This document shows positions 1 to 8,557 of a DNA stretch of 46,302 bases, one piece after another (the first letter of the stretch is position 1; every line of letters starts with the position of its first letter). The notes under the pieces are model-generated. The model did not search any database and was not told the DNA's origin. It saw nothing but the letters and a program-made list of their open reading frames with translations. Source of the stretch: an uncultured bacterium. Its GTDB lineage: Bacteria; UBP14; UBA6098; B30-G16. The position numbers and the translations under genes were made by a program. The stretch is from positions 1 to 46,302 of the forward strand of contig CAYUDB010000002.1 in the NCBI GenBank assembly GCA_964443405.1, written 5' to 3'.

Positions 1-610
1 CGCGTGAGCCATAGAAAACATCCGCACGGATTTTGAGATTTCCCGGGATGGCTTCGGAATACATGAGATCGTAAAACATGTAACTTCTTCCAGCAGATGG
101 AGTTGCGCCGTCGTGGACTATGAAGTGAGGTGTAGTGTCGGGGTCGCTGAGCTTGCGTATGCCGATGTGAAAATCTGTGCCGCCAACAAATCGCAAGCCA
201 AGTGATGATAGATCAATAGTTTGCCAACCGAAGATGATGTTCGCGCGAATTGTGCCCAGAGGTGAGTAAATGTTTGGACGACCAGAACCATTATCAGGGA
301 AAACCATTACGTCCACAGGGATATCTTCGTAAGCGTAGGCTACTGCGTAAAATGTGGTAGAGAGTAGTGAGCAGTCTGCTTCGGGCGTGAAGCGCACCGA
401 GACTATATCGTTTCGACCTGCGCCGTCTGTGCCGCTGCCAAAACCATCGTATTGGATGGTAGATGGCACAGCATCGAGCAAAGGTTTTTCCCAAATCATT
501 GGCACCATGCCGTCCACGTTGCTTGTGGCGCGCAGATTTGTTGGTGGGTTTTGCGCGAAAATTGCGCCGCAAAATGCAAGCGCGCAAAACGCTGCACATA
601 GAATTCTCAT
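1..610 (-). CDS. Secreted hypothetical protein, runs off the left edge of the window (not in ORF track)
   Basis: Hand translation from ATG (cat at 608-610) gives MRILCAAFCALAFCGAIFAQNPPTNLRATSNVDGMVPMIWEKP..., open to position 1. It has a Sec-type signal peptide followed by an FN3-like start (PPTNL..W..P). Its ATG overlaps the dapB TAA (610-612). Confidence 0.8.
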   Translation of the reverse strand, partial: MRILCAAFCALAFCGAIFAQNPPTNLRATSNVDGMVPMIWEKPLLDAVPSTIQYDGFGSGTDGAGRNDIVSVRFTPEADCSLLSTTFYAVAYAYEDIPVDVMVFPDNGSGRPNIYSPLGTIRANIIFGWQTIDLSSLGLRFVGGTDFHIGIRKLSDPDTTPHFIVHDGATPSAGRSYMFYDLMYSEAIPGNLKIRADVFYGSR

Positions 611-1371
611 TAAAGCACCTCCGCCTTCGATTTCAAAAAATCTTCTACTGTAAAAAGTCCATTTTGTTTTGTGCAAAGCCATTTGGCACATTCGAGTGCG
701 CCTTCGGCGAAAATTTTTCGGCTCTCGGCGCGGTGAGTGAGTATGAGCTGTTCGCTTTCTGCCGCAAAGAGAACTTGATGTTCGCCAACTATTGTGCCGC
801 CTCGAACTGAGTGAACGCAGATTTCGTCTTCGGCACGTTTTTGCGATGTGCACCTGCCGAACGTTATGCAGGACGGTTGTTTTTCGCGAGCGCTGGCAAT
901 TTTTGTGGCTAGTGTTTTCGCAGTTCCAGACGGGGCATCGATTTTGTGTTTGTGATGCAGCTCGATTATCTCGCAGCTGGCATTTGGCAAAATCTGAGCA
1001 GCCATTTTGGCGAGTATGCCTAGTGCTGCTGCACCGAGCGAAAAATTGCTTGTCGCGAGAACGGGAATTTGCTGTGCATAGACTTCAATGCACTTTTGTT
1101 CCTCGCTCGAAAGTCCTGTTGTGCCCGAGATGAACGGAATTTTATTCTCAAAACACCACTTGGCTGCCAACAGCGCAAGCTTTGGTGACGAGAAATCAAT
1201 TGCCGCATTGACAGTTGTGGGCAAATTGCACACTTTCGAAAAAACAGGAACAGTGCCGCAAAAACCATCCTGTTCACCGAAACCAGCAGCGATAGCAATA
1301 TTTTTTTCAGCTGCAGCTTCGACTACTGCTGCGCCCATTTTTCCGTTTATACCAAAAATAACAAGTTTCAT
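610..1371 (-). CDS. dapB: 4-hydroxy-tetrahydrodipicolinate reductase
   Basis: Rossmann GxxGxMG (GINGKMG), IDFS, GTTG, ELHHKHKIDAPSGTA, SVRGGTIVGEHQV and HRAESRKIFAEGA motifs; lies downstream of dapA. Confidence 0.96.
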   Translation of the reverse strand: MKLVIFGINGKMGAAVVEAAAEKNIAIAAGFGEQDGFCGTVPVFSKVCNLPTTVNAAIDFSSPKLALLAAKWCFENKIPFISGTTGLSSEEQKCIEVYAQQIPVLATSNFSLGAAALGILAKMAAQILPNASCEIIELHHKHKIDAPSGTAKTLATKIASAREKQPSCITFGRCTSQKRAEDEICVHSVRGGTIVGEHQVLFAAESEQLILTHRAESRKIFAEGALECAKWLCTKQNGLFTVEDFLKSKAEVL

Positions 1372-1432
1372 TACAATATATAGTGTGGTTTATTTTCGTG
1401 GCAACTATTTTGTTGTTGTAGTAGCAAAAAAA

Positions 1433-2350
1433 TTATTCGTCGTTTGTGCCTTTTTTAATTTTGAGTGCCAGCTTGTTGAGTGCTTTTTCGAGTGCCGCGC
1501 ATGTTTCATCGCTTGCGGGCGCAAGTGGTTGGCGCAGGTTGTTTTCGATTATGCCGAGCATGTCGAGTGCGGCTTTGAGCGGCACTGGATTGCCCTCTAG
1601 AAACAGTGCTTTTATGAGCGGAAAAACTTGCAGGTGTATTTTTTGTGCTTCGGCGATGTTACCTGCCGAAAAATTTCTGGTCATCTGTGCAAAATGCCGT
1701 GGCACAACATTCGACACAGTGGAAATCACACCGCGTGCACCGATTGCCATCATTGGTAAAGTGAGCGAATCGTCGCCTGAAAGCACGCAGAAATCGGGTT
1801 TTGCAGACAAAATTGCCGATGCCTGATCGATGTTGCCTGAAGCTTCTTTTATGCCCACGATGCTTGGGTGTTCGGTGAGCTTGATAACAGTTTCGGGCAA
1901 AAGGTTGCAGCCTGTGCGCGAGGGCACGTTATATAAAATGACTGGTATGTCCACATCGGCGATGTGCAAAAAATATGATAACAGCGCTTTTTGTGAGGGT
2001 TTGTTGCCGTATGGAGTTATTGCGAGCACAGCGTTAGCGCCGAGTTTTTTTGCCTCAATAGCGCGAGCGACAGCAGTTTTGGTGTCAGGGGCGCCTGTGC
2101 CCATGATAATTGGAAACTTACCCTCTACATTCTCGATGACAGCGGCAAGGAGGGTAGCGCGTTCTGTTTCGGTGAGGGTGAAATTTTCGCCAGTGCACCC
2201 GGCAACAACAAAACCATGCGCGTTTTTTGAATCGCGTTCTTTGGCAAAAGCGTTTATCTGGAAGGACAGCAGTTTTTTCAATTGGCGTTTACAGATGTTT
2301 CCCGATTTGTTAAATGGTGTTGCCAATGCGGTTATGCAGCCATTGAACAT
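1433..2350 (-). CDS. dapA: 4-hydroxy-tetrahydrodipicolinate synthase
   Basis: TALATPF, GCTGE, ILYNVPSRTG, VGIKEASG (Schiff-base Lys), LSGDD and NPVPLKAAL motifs. Start moved to ATG at 2350, which has an AAGGGGG RBS; the track start at 2533 would overlap the tRNA. Confidence 0.96.
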   Translation of the reverse strand: MFNGCITALATPFNKSGNICKRQLKKLLSFQINAFAKERDSKNAHGFVVAGCTGENFTLTETERATLLAAVIENVEGKFPIIMGTGAPDTKTAVARAIEAKKLGANAVLAITPYGNKPSQKALLSYFLHIADVDIPVILYNVPSRTGCNLLPETVIKLTEHPSIVGIKEASGNIDQASAILSAKPDFCVLSGDDSLTLPMMAIGARGVISTVSNVVPRHFAQMTRNFSAGNIAEAQKIHLQVFPLIKALFLEGNPVPLKAALDMLGIIENNLRQPLAPASDETCAALEKALNKLALKIKKGTNDE

Positions 2351-2491
2351 TTTGCCCCCTTGGGTATATTTTTTTAAACTTACAACAATAGGCAAATTTG
2401 GCAACAAAAACTTGTGCATCTCAAGTGGTTTGGGTGAATGAAAAAAAAGTCTTGACATTTTTACAGATTGTGGATTTTTTGTTGGATTGCT

Positions 2492-2564
2492 CGGGGTGTA
2501 GCGCAGCTGGAAGCGCACATGGTTTGGGACCATGGGGTCGGAGGTTCAAATCCTCTCACCCCGA
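2492..2564 (+). tRNA. tRNA-Pro (anticodon TGG); CCA end not encoded
   Basis: CGGGGTG/CACCCCG acceptor stem, GCGC/GCGC D stem, CATGG-TTTGGGA-CCATG anticodon arm, GGAGG-TTCAAAT-CCTCT T arm; followed by TTTTT rather than CCA. Confidence 0.95.
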
Positions 2565-2606
2565 TTTTTTGAGCAAGGATTCGACATTAAAATTGGAGGA
2601 CTTATA

Positions 2607-2804
2607 ATGGCACGGATTTGCGAAATTTGCGGCAAGAACAGACAAGTTGGCAATTATGTCAGCCATGCAAAAAACCGTTTGCGTAAAGTGTTTCTTCCTA
2701 ATTTGCAAACAGTTAACGCAAAAGCCGAAGATGGTTCGGTAAAGAAGATCACAGTGTGCACAAGGTGCATAAAAGCCGGAAAAGTCCATAAGGCATCGAA
2801 ATAG
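2607..2804 (+). CDS. rpmB: 50S ribosomal protein L28 (Zn-binding type)
   Basis: [40 protein letters not shown]; GGAGGA RBS at 2595-2600. Confidence 0.96.
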   Translation: MARICEICGKNRQVGNYVSHAKNRLRKVFLPNLQTVNAKAEDGSVKKITVCTRCIKAGKVHKASK

Positions 2805-2947
2805 CGCGATTGGTTAATCTGCATTCACAAGCAAAAACAAAAGCAGCAGGGCTAATGTAATTATTTTTAAAAAGTTGCACTTTTCTCTTGACAAAAAACT
2901 TGATGGTCTTAATTTAAGTCGTGAAAGATCATATCAAGGGGGAGAAA

Positions 2948-3613
2948 ATGCAATTTCGAAAATGGATATACTTTGTAATGACTGCGGCACTCGTCCTTTC
3001 CATATATGGATGTGCTTGTTCATCGAACGTATGTAAAGAAGCCGAACATACCGGCGATCTCCACGTCGGTTTAATAGTTTCCCAACCATTAGTTTTCTAC
3101 TACGGGACCACCGGGCTTATTGAAGTTTGGGGTCCCGAAGATCTTTATCTATCGCAACAGATACCCATGTATTTGGGTAATCAGGTTGCGATTTTTCGTA
3201 ATTTGCCTGTCGGGCGCTATATAGTTACTCTTAGTTATAGCGGTTTTGTGATAACTAAAGGTGCGGTTTTGTGTGGCGATGGTGGCGATGCATGGAAAGC
3301 CGATTGTGTAGGCAGTCTTAAGGATGCTATCAAACGTGGCAAACCACAAGGTCAATATACTGATGTAATGGGCTCACAATATGGTTATTACGGTTGGACA
3401 CAGACTACTGAGAACGTTCAGCAATACAATCCTTACGGCTATGGTTCCGATAACAATCAAAATGCCGGTGGCTGGACGACACCTGAACCTCAACAGAAAG
3501 ATATGGTCGCCGCAGATCCAATGATAGGACACACAGAACCTTGCCAAACTGTAATAATCTTCAATATGCCAGAGGACGTATTCAAATATAACTCAGCAGA
3601 AAAAGGCAACTAA
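2948..3613 (+). CDS. Predicted lipoprotein, uncharacterised (paralog 1 of tandem pair)
   Basis: ATG at 2948 after GGGGGAG; basic N-terminus, hydrophobic stretch and lipobox-like IYGC; core 52/74 identical to the next gene (hand count). Confidence 0.8.
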   Translation: MQFRKWIYFVMTAALVLSIYGCACSSNVCKEAEHTGDLHVGLIVSQPLVFYYGTTGLIEVWGPEDLYLSQQIPMYLGNQVAIFRNLPVGRYIVTLSYSGFVITKGAVLCGDGGDAWKADCVGSLKDAIKRGKPQGQYTDVMGSQYGYYGWTQTTENVQQYNPYGYGSDNNQNAGGWTTPEPQQKDMVAADPMIGHTEPCQTVIIFNMPEDVFKYNSAEKGN

Positions 3614-3702
3614 TATTGCATAGGAGAATAAAAGTAGAGTGAAAATCGTGAAAAAAATGTATTCACGAAAATATTTTTAAAAAAATTTCAAGCTATAAAT
3701 CC

Positions 3703-3748
3703 TTTTATTAGCAAGAGGTTATGTTTTTGGTGCATTTTGCTAATAAAA
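3703..3748. promoter_or_regulatory. 12-bp perfect inverted repeat, operator-like
   Basis: TTTTATTAGCAA (3703-3714), 22-nt spacer, TTGCTAATAAAA (3737-3748); ends 6 nt before a consensus -35. Confidence 0.5.
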
Positions 3749-3754
3749 AATGGC

Positions 3755-3782
3755 TTGACATATTCCCTTTGGGGGTTATAAT
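3755..3782 (+). promoter_or_regulatory. Sigma70-type promoter for lipoprotein paralog 2
   Basis: TTGACA (3755-3760), N16, TATAAT (3777-3782), about 30 nt upstream of the ATG at 3814. Confidence 0.85.
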
Positions 3783-3813
3783 CCACCCATAAGAAACAAT
3801 AACCCAGGAGGGA

Positions 3814-4380
3814 ATGATGAGATTGGTAAGGATGCTGGCTTTTGCGTCTCTCATCGGCGTGGCCTTCTTAATTGGTGGCTGCGGTCATTATGCGAACGAC
3901 GATATCACCGGTGATTTGCAGGTCGGTGTCATCGTTTCTCAGCCTTTGATGTTCTACTATGGCGAAACCGGCTTGATGGAAGTCTGGGGACCTGCGGGAA
4001 CATACCTTGTAAAAGAGGTTCCAATGTATCTCGGCAATCAAGTTATCACTTTCCGTAATGTGCCAATTGGCAGATACGTGGTAACGGTTACTTACAGTGG
4101 TCTTATTGCCACAAAAGGCGCTGTTTTGTGCAGTTCTGGCGATATGCAATGGAGATCTGACTGTGCCGATGGACTCAAGTGCATACTTCAAGCAAAGAAA
4201 AGAGGCAACACTTGGGACTGCCAGGATAATCAACCTACCGGTGGTTACAACTGGTATTGGACACAGAGCAACGAACTTTCCGATTTCGCAACACCTTCGC
4301 CCGCAGTTGGGCACAGGGAGCCACTTCAGGCAGTTGTTATCTTCAACATTCCCGAAGATGCTCTTAAGTATGATCCGTGA
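3814..4380 (+). CDS. Predicted lipoprotein, uncharacterised (paralog 2 of tandem pair)
   Basis: AGGAGGG RBS; MMRLVRMLAFASLIGVAFLIGGC signal with lipobox IGGC; shares its core and the C-terminal GH.EP.Q.V.IFN.PED motif with 2948-3613. Confidence 0.85.
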   Translation: MMRLVRMLAFASLIGVAFLIGGCGHYANDDITGDLQVGVIVSQPLMFYYGETGLMEVWGPAGTYLVKEVPMYLGNQVITFRNVPIGRYVVTVTYSGLIATKGAVLCSSGDMQWRSDCADGLKCILQAKKRGNTWDCQDNQPTGGYNWYWTQSNELSDFATPSPAVGHREPLQAVVIFNIPEDALKYDP

Positions 4381-4403
4381 TGACGCAGTCAATTGACTTT
4401 TTG

Positions 4404-4440
4404 AAGGGCGCGGCGCATTGCGGTGCGCCCTTTTTCTTTT
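4404..4440 (+). terminator. Rho-independent terminator
   Basis: AAGGGCGC...GCGCCCTT stem followed by a T-rich tract, 23 nt after the stop at 4380. Confidence 0.75.
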
Positions 4441-4646
4441 TAGTAGAGACTTTTGCTCGTAACTTATTGAAAAAATTATGTTTCTATAAAATTGCTGAAA
4501 AGTTTATATATTTAGTATATATTTTGACTATTTGGCATATATACACAATATATTGGAGAATACAAAACCTAATATAGCATATTTGGTGAGTAATACAAAA
4601 TATGCAAATTTGAACCATCAAAAACGATTCGCACTAAAGGAGGCAC

Positions 4647-6002
4647 ATGTTCACACAAATAGTTTGCATTGCGGCACTTGCGTTGGTCTCGCAATGTGCC
4701 GATTGCGAAAAGGACAAATCGGCGGCACCAACGCCCGTGGAACCTGTGAACTATGAGTTTCTCATATCGCGTGGTACCGATGACTTTACACCGGCAGTTT
4801 CGGGCGCAACGTTCGCCATTTCGCGCCTCGAGAAACGCGAAATCGAAATTGAGCTTGTTTTTCGCGTGGGCAAGCGCTATTCGTTCTCGATTCTTACAGA
4901 CGAGACAACTATCGACGTCAAGCCGAGCTGGGGATTTGACGAACAGACTATTTTCTACGATTCAAATCGCAACGGTAAAGTGGGCATTTGGAGTATCAAC
5001 CTCACTGAGAACACACCGAAACCTGTTGTTGTGCCACAAGATAGTGGAATGTGCTTTTCGGCTGCGGTTTCACCTTCCAAGACTATGCTGGCTTTCACAA
5101 AAACTAAAGCCACGAATATCTCGTGGTGGAGTTTTTACATTTCACCGCCTGTGGATGGCATGCGCCCCGAATATGTGCAGATAATCACCAAAGATCTCAA
5201 AACCGGTGAGGAAAAAAGCATCGCTTATGGCATGATGCCCGCTTGGTCACCAGATGGGCAAAAGCTGGCATACTCGTTTTTCAATGGCACCGACTGGGAC
5301 CTATGGTTCATCGAGGTGCGTACCGGGCGCAAAATTCGCTTGACCGACTCTCCCGAAAATGATTTCTATCCTGTTTTTTCGCCGGATGGTTCGAAAATTG
5401 CTTTCACGCGTCTCGACACCGAGATGAAAAACTCCGATATATTTGCGGTAAATACCGATGCATCAGCACTTTATCGCATTACTGCAACTTCTGCATACAG
5501 CGAAGGCGGACCATTTTGGACAAGTGATGGCATATATATTCACACCGACACAGGACCTAACACCCCATTTGACATAGCGTTAATTCATGATGACGTTGTG
5601 CGGTCAATTTTATCGCCAACCAAAGCCACTGCCGACAAGCCAGTTGCGCGAAAAAGCGAAAACCCAACATCGGCACCAGCTACCAAAAACACTGCGAAAA
5701 ACGAGAAATCTGTTGATGAGAATTCCACAGGCACAGTGCAGGTTCTCAACAGCACAACCAAAGGCGGTGTTGCCGCAAAAGTTGCCGAACAGCTTGAAAC
5801 TGAAGGGTTTAGCTGCAAAAATATCGCCAACTCGCAAAAGGAGCGCAACCTCACTACAGGCAAAATCTATTATAAACCTGGGTTTGCTTCTACTGCACAA
5901 CGAATTGCGAAAATTGCACCCGGCAAATTCACATTACACGAAAGCCAATCTTTCGATTACGACATAACCATTGTTCTTGGAAAAAGCAATATTCCAAAGT
6001 GA
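4647..6002 (+). CDS. Exported PD40/TolB-like beta-propeller protein with a C-terminal LytR_C-like domain
   Basis: AAGGAGG RBS and N-terminal signal. Repeats PAWSPDGQKLAY, PVFSPDGSKIAF and AVSPSKTMLAF are followed by a K/T/P/A-rich linker, then VQVLNSTTKGGVAAKVAEQLETEGF...YDITIVLGK, typical of LytR_C. Confidence 0.8.
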   Translation: MFTQIVCIAALALVSQCADCEKDKSAAPTPVEPVNYEFLISRGTDDFTPAVSGATFAISRLEKREIEIELVFRVGKRYSFSILTDETTIDVKPSWGFDEQTIFYDSNRNGKVGIWSINLTENTPKPVVVPQDSGMCFSAAVSPSKTMLAFTKTKATNISWWSFYISPPVDGMRPEYVQIITKDLKTGEEKSIAYGMMPAWSPDGQKLAYSFFNGTDWDLWFIEVRTGRKIRLTDSPENDFYPVFSPDGSKIAFTRLDTEMKNSDIFAVNTDASALYRITATSAYSEGGPFWTSDGIYIHTDTGPNTPFDIALIHDDVVRSILSPTKATADKPVARKSENPTSAPATKNTAKNEKSVDENSTGTVQVLNSTTKGGVAAKVAEQLETEGFSCKNIANSQKERNLTTGKIYYKPGFASTAQRIAKIAPGKFTLHESQSFDYDITIVLGKSNIPK

Positions 6003-7864
6003 AGATGCGAAAAAATGCGCTTTTTGCCACAATTATCTGCTGCGTGGCGCACTGTTTTGCCGCAGAGCGAGTGGCAAGTTTCGAATTTTCGGGCAACAAA
6101 ATTTTGGGCGATTTCGAGCTGAAAGCTGCGATATCTCACGAACAGCCTAAGTGGTATGAAACACTGTTCGATATCTACCCTGTGATAAACAACACTCTGC
6201 TCGAACAAGACGCGAAAACCATCGAGTATCTCTATTGGGATAAAGGGTTTATCGATGCGAAGGTTTTTTTGCGCACAGAGAGCATCGATGAAAAACGCAA
6301 GCTTGCAAAAATCGTTTTTCTTATCGATGAAGGCGAAAAATACACCATCGATTCCATTGCAATCGCCTTGCCACAAGGTTTTTTCGCAGACAGCATCCAG
6401 CCAGATCTTGGTATTAGCGAGGGGAAAGTGTTTTCCCCATTCGCCGCCGATGGCGCGCGTTTGGCACTGTGGCAGTACTTTGCAAACCGCGGTTTTCTCT
6501 ATGCACGCGCCGAGCAAAATTGGCACAGAATCGAAAATCGTAATACTGTTGCAGTCAATCTGTCGATTATTGCCGACAAACTCTCGCATATTGGTGGCGT
6601 GACCTTCAAGGGTATGTCGAATGTTGACTATCGAAACATACAACGCGAAATTCGTGTGAAAAGCGGAGATGCCTTCTCCTATCGCAAGCTCGCGCAAACT
6701 AAAGAACAGCTTTACGCTACGGGATATTTCCGCCTTGTTGCCGAGGAATTGCCCGATACTGCATCGAAGCCCGACACAGTAAACGTGAATTTTACACTCG
6801 TAGAGCGCAAGATGAACTGGTATGGTTTCAGTTTCAACTTGGGCGAAAAACGCGTGCAAGAGGTGGATTTTCCCAATGCTACTGAAGTTGTGGCGCAATG
6901 GGGGAGCAAAAATGTGCTCAAAAGCGGCTTGGGTGTGAAAGTTGCGGCTTCGGCGGCAGCGCAAATGGAATTTGTGGACTGGGCACTCAAGTGGCAATTT
7001 CTCAACCATCGTTACGAAAGTTCTGTTACAAGTCCTTGGATTTTTCGGCAGCGCATACCAACTACACTCACTTTATATTTTGAGCCAGGTGTAAAGCTGC
7101 AAGAATTTCCATGGCGAGCGCAGAAGTTTGGCGGTGATGTGCGTTTGGTAAAACAGCTTCGCAAAGCAACTCATTCTGCGGGCGCCAATTACGAGCGTGC
7201 GGATATTTTTGGTGTTTCTCCAGACGAAGCTGATAGCATACAGAATTCGCAGGGAATTTACATTTCGCGCAAAATATATTACACATATTTATCTGACACG
7301 CGAAAAAATCCGACCAATCCTACGCAAGGTGGTTTTTTCAGGTTTCAGACAGATTTTGTTGGAGGTTTTTTGGGTGGTGACGAGGATTATTTCAAGCTGG
7401 ACGCGTCATTGGGGAAATTTTCGGAGCTTAGTTTTTTTCGCCGCACAGTTTTTGCTAGCCGCATAAGGCTTGCAGCGATGCGTAACACATCTTCAGGCGG
7501 AATTCCGGCGCACAAACTGCTTCTTACAGGCGGATCGAATTCGGTTCGAGGTTTTCGAGATTTGTCGATTGGAGTAGTGGGTTCGGGTAATGAGGCAGTG
7601 GGTGGTAAGGTGATGGCACTATTTTCATCTGAAATTCGCACACATCTTTTTTGGGTTTTTTACGGGCACATTTTTGCAGATGCAGGTGGCATTTGGAGCG
7701 AATGGCGCGATATCAATCCCGATGACATGCGACTTTCAACAGGTGTGGGCACCGCAGTTATGACACCAGTTGGACCATTGCGATTTGATTATGCGCGGGT
7801 GTTAAGTCGTGTTGACCCGCCGCCATATTATAGGTGGCACGTTTCGCTGATGTACCCGTATTAA
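5999..7864 (+). CDS. Omp85-family outer membrane protein (BamA/TamA-like, POTRA + beta-barrel)
   Basis: POTRA-like segments (FSGNKILGDFELK..., GMSNVDYRNIQREI...GYF), barrel motifs GGSNSVRGF and STGVGTAVMTPVGPLRFDYAR, aromatic C-terminus. GTG start overlaps the upstream stop (GTGA, 5999-6002). At 621 aa it is shorter than a 5-POTRA BamA. Confidence 0.9.
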   Translation: MKMRKNALFATIICCVAHCFAAERVASFEFSGNKILGDFELKAAISHEQPKWYETLFDIYPVINNTLLEQDAKTIEYLYWDKGFIDAKVFLRTESIDEKRKLAKIVFLIDEGEKYTIDSIAIALPQGFFADSIQPDLGISEGKVFSPFAADGARLALWQYFANRGFLYARAEQNWHRIENRNTVAVNLSIIADKLSHIGGVTFKGMSNVDYRNIQREIRVKSGDAFSYRKLAQTKEQLYATGYFRLVAEELPDTASKPDTVNVNFTLVERKMNWYGFSFNLGEKRVQEVDFPNATEVVAQWGSKNVLKSGLGVKVAASAAAQMEFVDWALKWQFLNHRYESSVTSPWIFRQRIPTTLTLYFEPGVKLQEFPWRAQKFGGDVRLVKQLRKATHSAGANYERADIFGVSPDEADSIQNSQGIYISRKIYYTYLSDTRKNPTNPTQGGFFRFQTDFVGGFLGGDEDYFKLDASLGKFSELSFFRRTVFASRIRLAAMRNTSSGGIPAHKLLLTGGSNSVRGFRDLSIGVVGSGNEAVGGKVMALFSSEIRTHLFWVFYGHIFADAGGIWSEWRDINPDDMRLSTGVGTAVMTPVGPLRFDYARVLSRVDPPPYYRWHVSLMYPY

Positions 7865-7876
7865 AGATTTTCGTGC

Positions 7877-8509
7877 TCACTTGGAAGATTTTCGCATAGT
7901 TATTTTTGCGTGAGCTTTAACGATGTCATCTTGGAAATTCCACGGCGGTTGCACTGAGCCGTAATCGCTGTTATCAAAAACGATTTTGTACTCACCTGCC
8001 TCGACGTTTTTTTGAAACGTGACGCTTTCTGTAGTAAATTTATAAATACCAAGCGGTTTAGCCTTTAGCGGGCTATGCAAGTATCGTTCATAATTAATAT
8101 CATCAAAAATAACACATTCGATGGGCACGCCGTCAATTACATTACAAGTAATTGATATTTGAGATTTACCTGACAACGTTAGATTTTTTGCTATATGTTC
8201 ATCTTCTCGTAATGTAAAATCGATATCGTATAATGTGAGTGGCGTGGCATCATGAGTAATTATAAGCATAAAAAGACCTATGCACATCAAAAAAACGATA
8301 AAACTGCCAATTGCGACAAGCGTTGCGATAAGGCACCCTGTTTTCAGCTTTGAGGTCTTTTTCTTTGGCACAGCCGTTTCTGTTTGCGACACATTGCTCG
8401 GAGGCGCGACTTGTGTTTGAGGTGCAGCGGCAGTGGAGGTGCCACATGCCGAACAGAATTTGACATTCGGTTCCATTGGTGCGCCACAATTTGAGCAAAA
8501 ATTTCCCAT
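7877..8509 (-). CDS. Zinc-ribbon membrane protein (double CxxC, Pro-rich linker, one TM helix, beta-rich C-terminal domain)
   Basis: Start moved to ATG at 8509 (GGAGAGG RBS): MGNFCSNCGAPMEPNVKFCSACG; TM segment CLIATLVAIGSFIVFLMCIGLFMLII. The longer track ORF overlaps dut on the opposite strand. Confidence 0.8.
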   Translation of the reverse strand: MGNFCSNCGAPMEPNVKFCSACGTSTAAAPQTQVAPPSNVSQTETAVPKKKTSKLKTGCLIATLVAIGSFIVFLMCIGLFMLIITHDATPLTLYDIDFTLREDEHIAKNLTLSGKSQISITCNVIDGVPIECVIFDDINYERYLHSPLKAKPLGIYKFTTESVTFQKNVEAGEYKIVFDNSDYGSVQPPWNFQDDIVKAHAKITMRKSSK

Positions 8510-8557
8510 TGTCCTCTCCGACTCATTGTTTATCTTATTTAAAAATATGGGCAGAAA

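Noticed and set aside
2351-2491. Lysine riboswitch upstream of dapA
   Set aside because: Only about 140 bp are available, shared with the divergent tRNA promoter; no matching conserved elements.
1433-2533. Track start sites for dapA (2533), zinc-ribbon gene (8920), giant gene (16937), FN3 gene (28587), MFS (33424), dnaN (42873) and DedA (46224)
   Set aside because: Downstream ATGs with clear SD sites and family-typical N-termini fit better, and some long starts overlap other features.
2492-4440. tRNA-Pro as the integration site of an island carrying the lipoprotein pair
   Set aside because: No duplicated tRNA 3' end or integrase was seen, and rpmB lies directly downstream of the tRNA.
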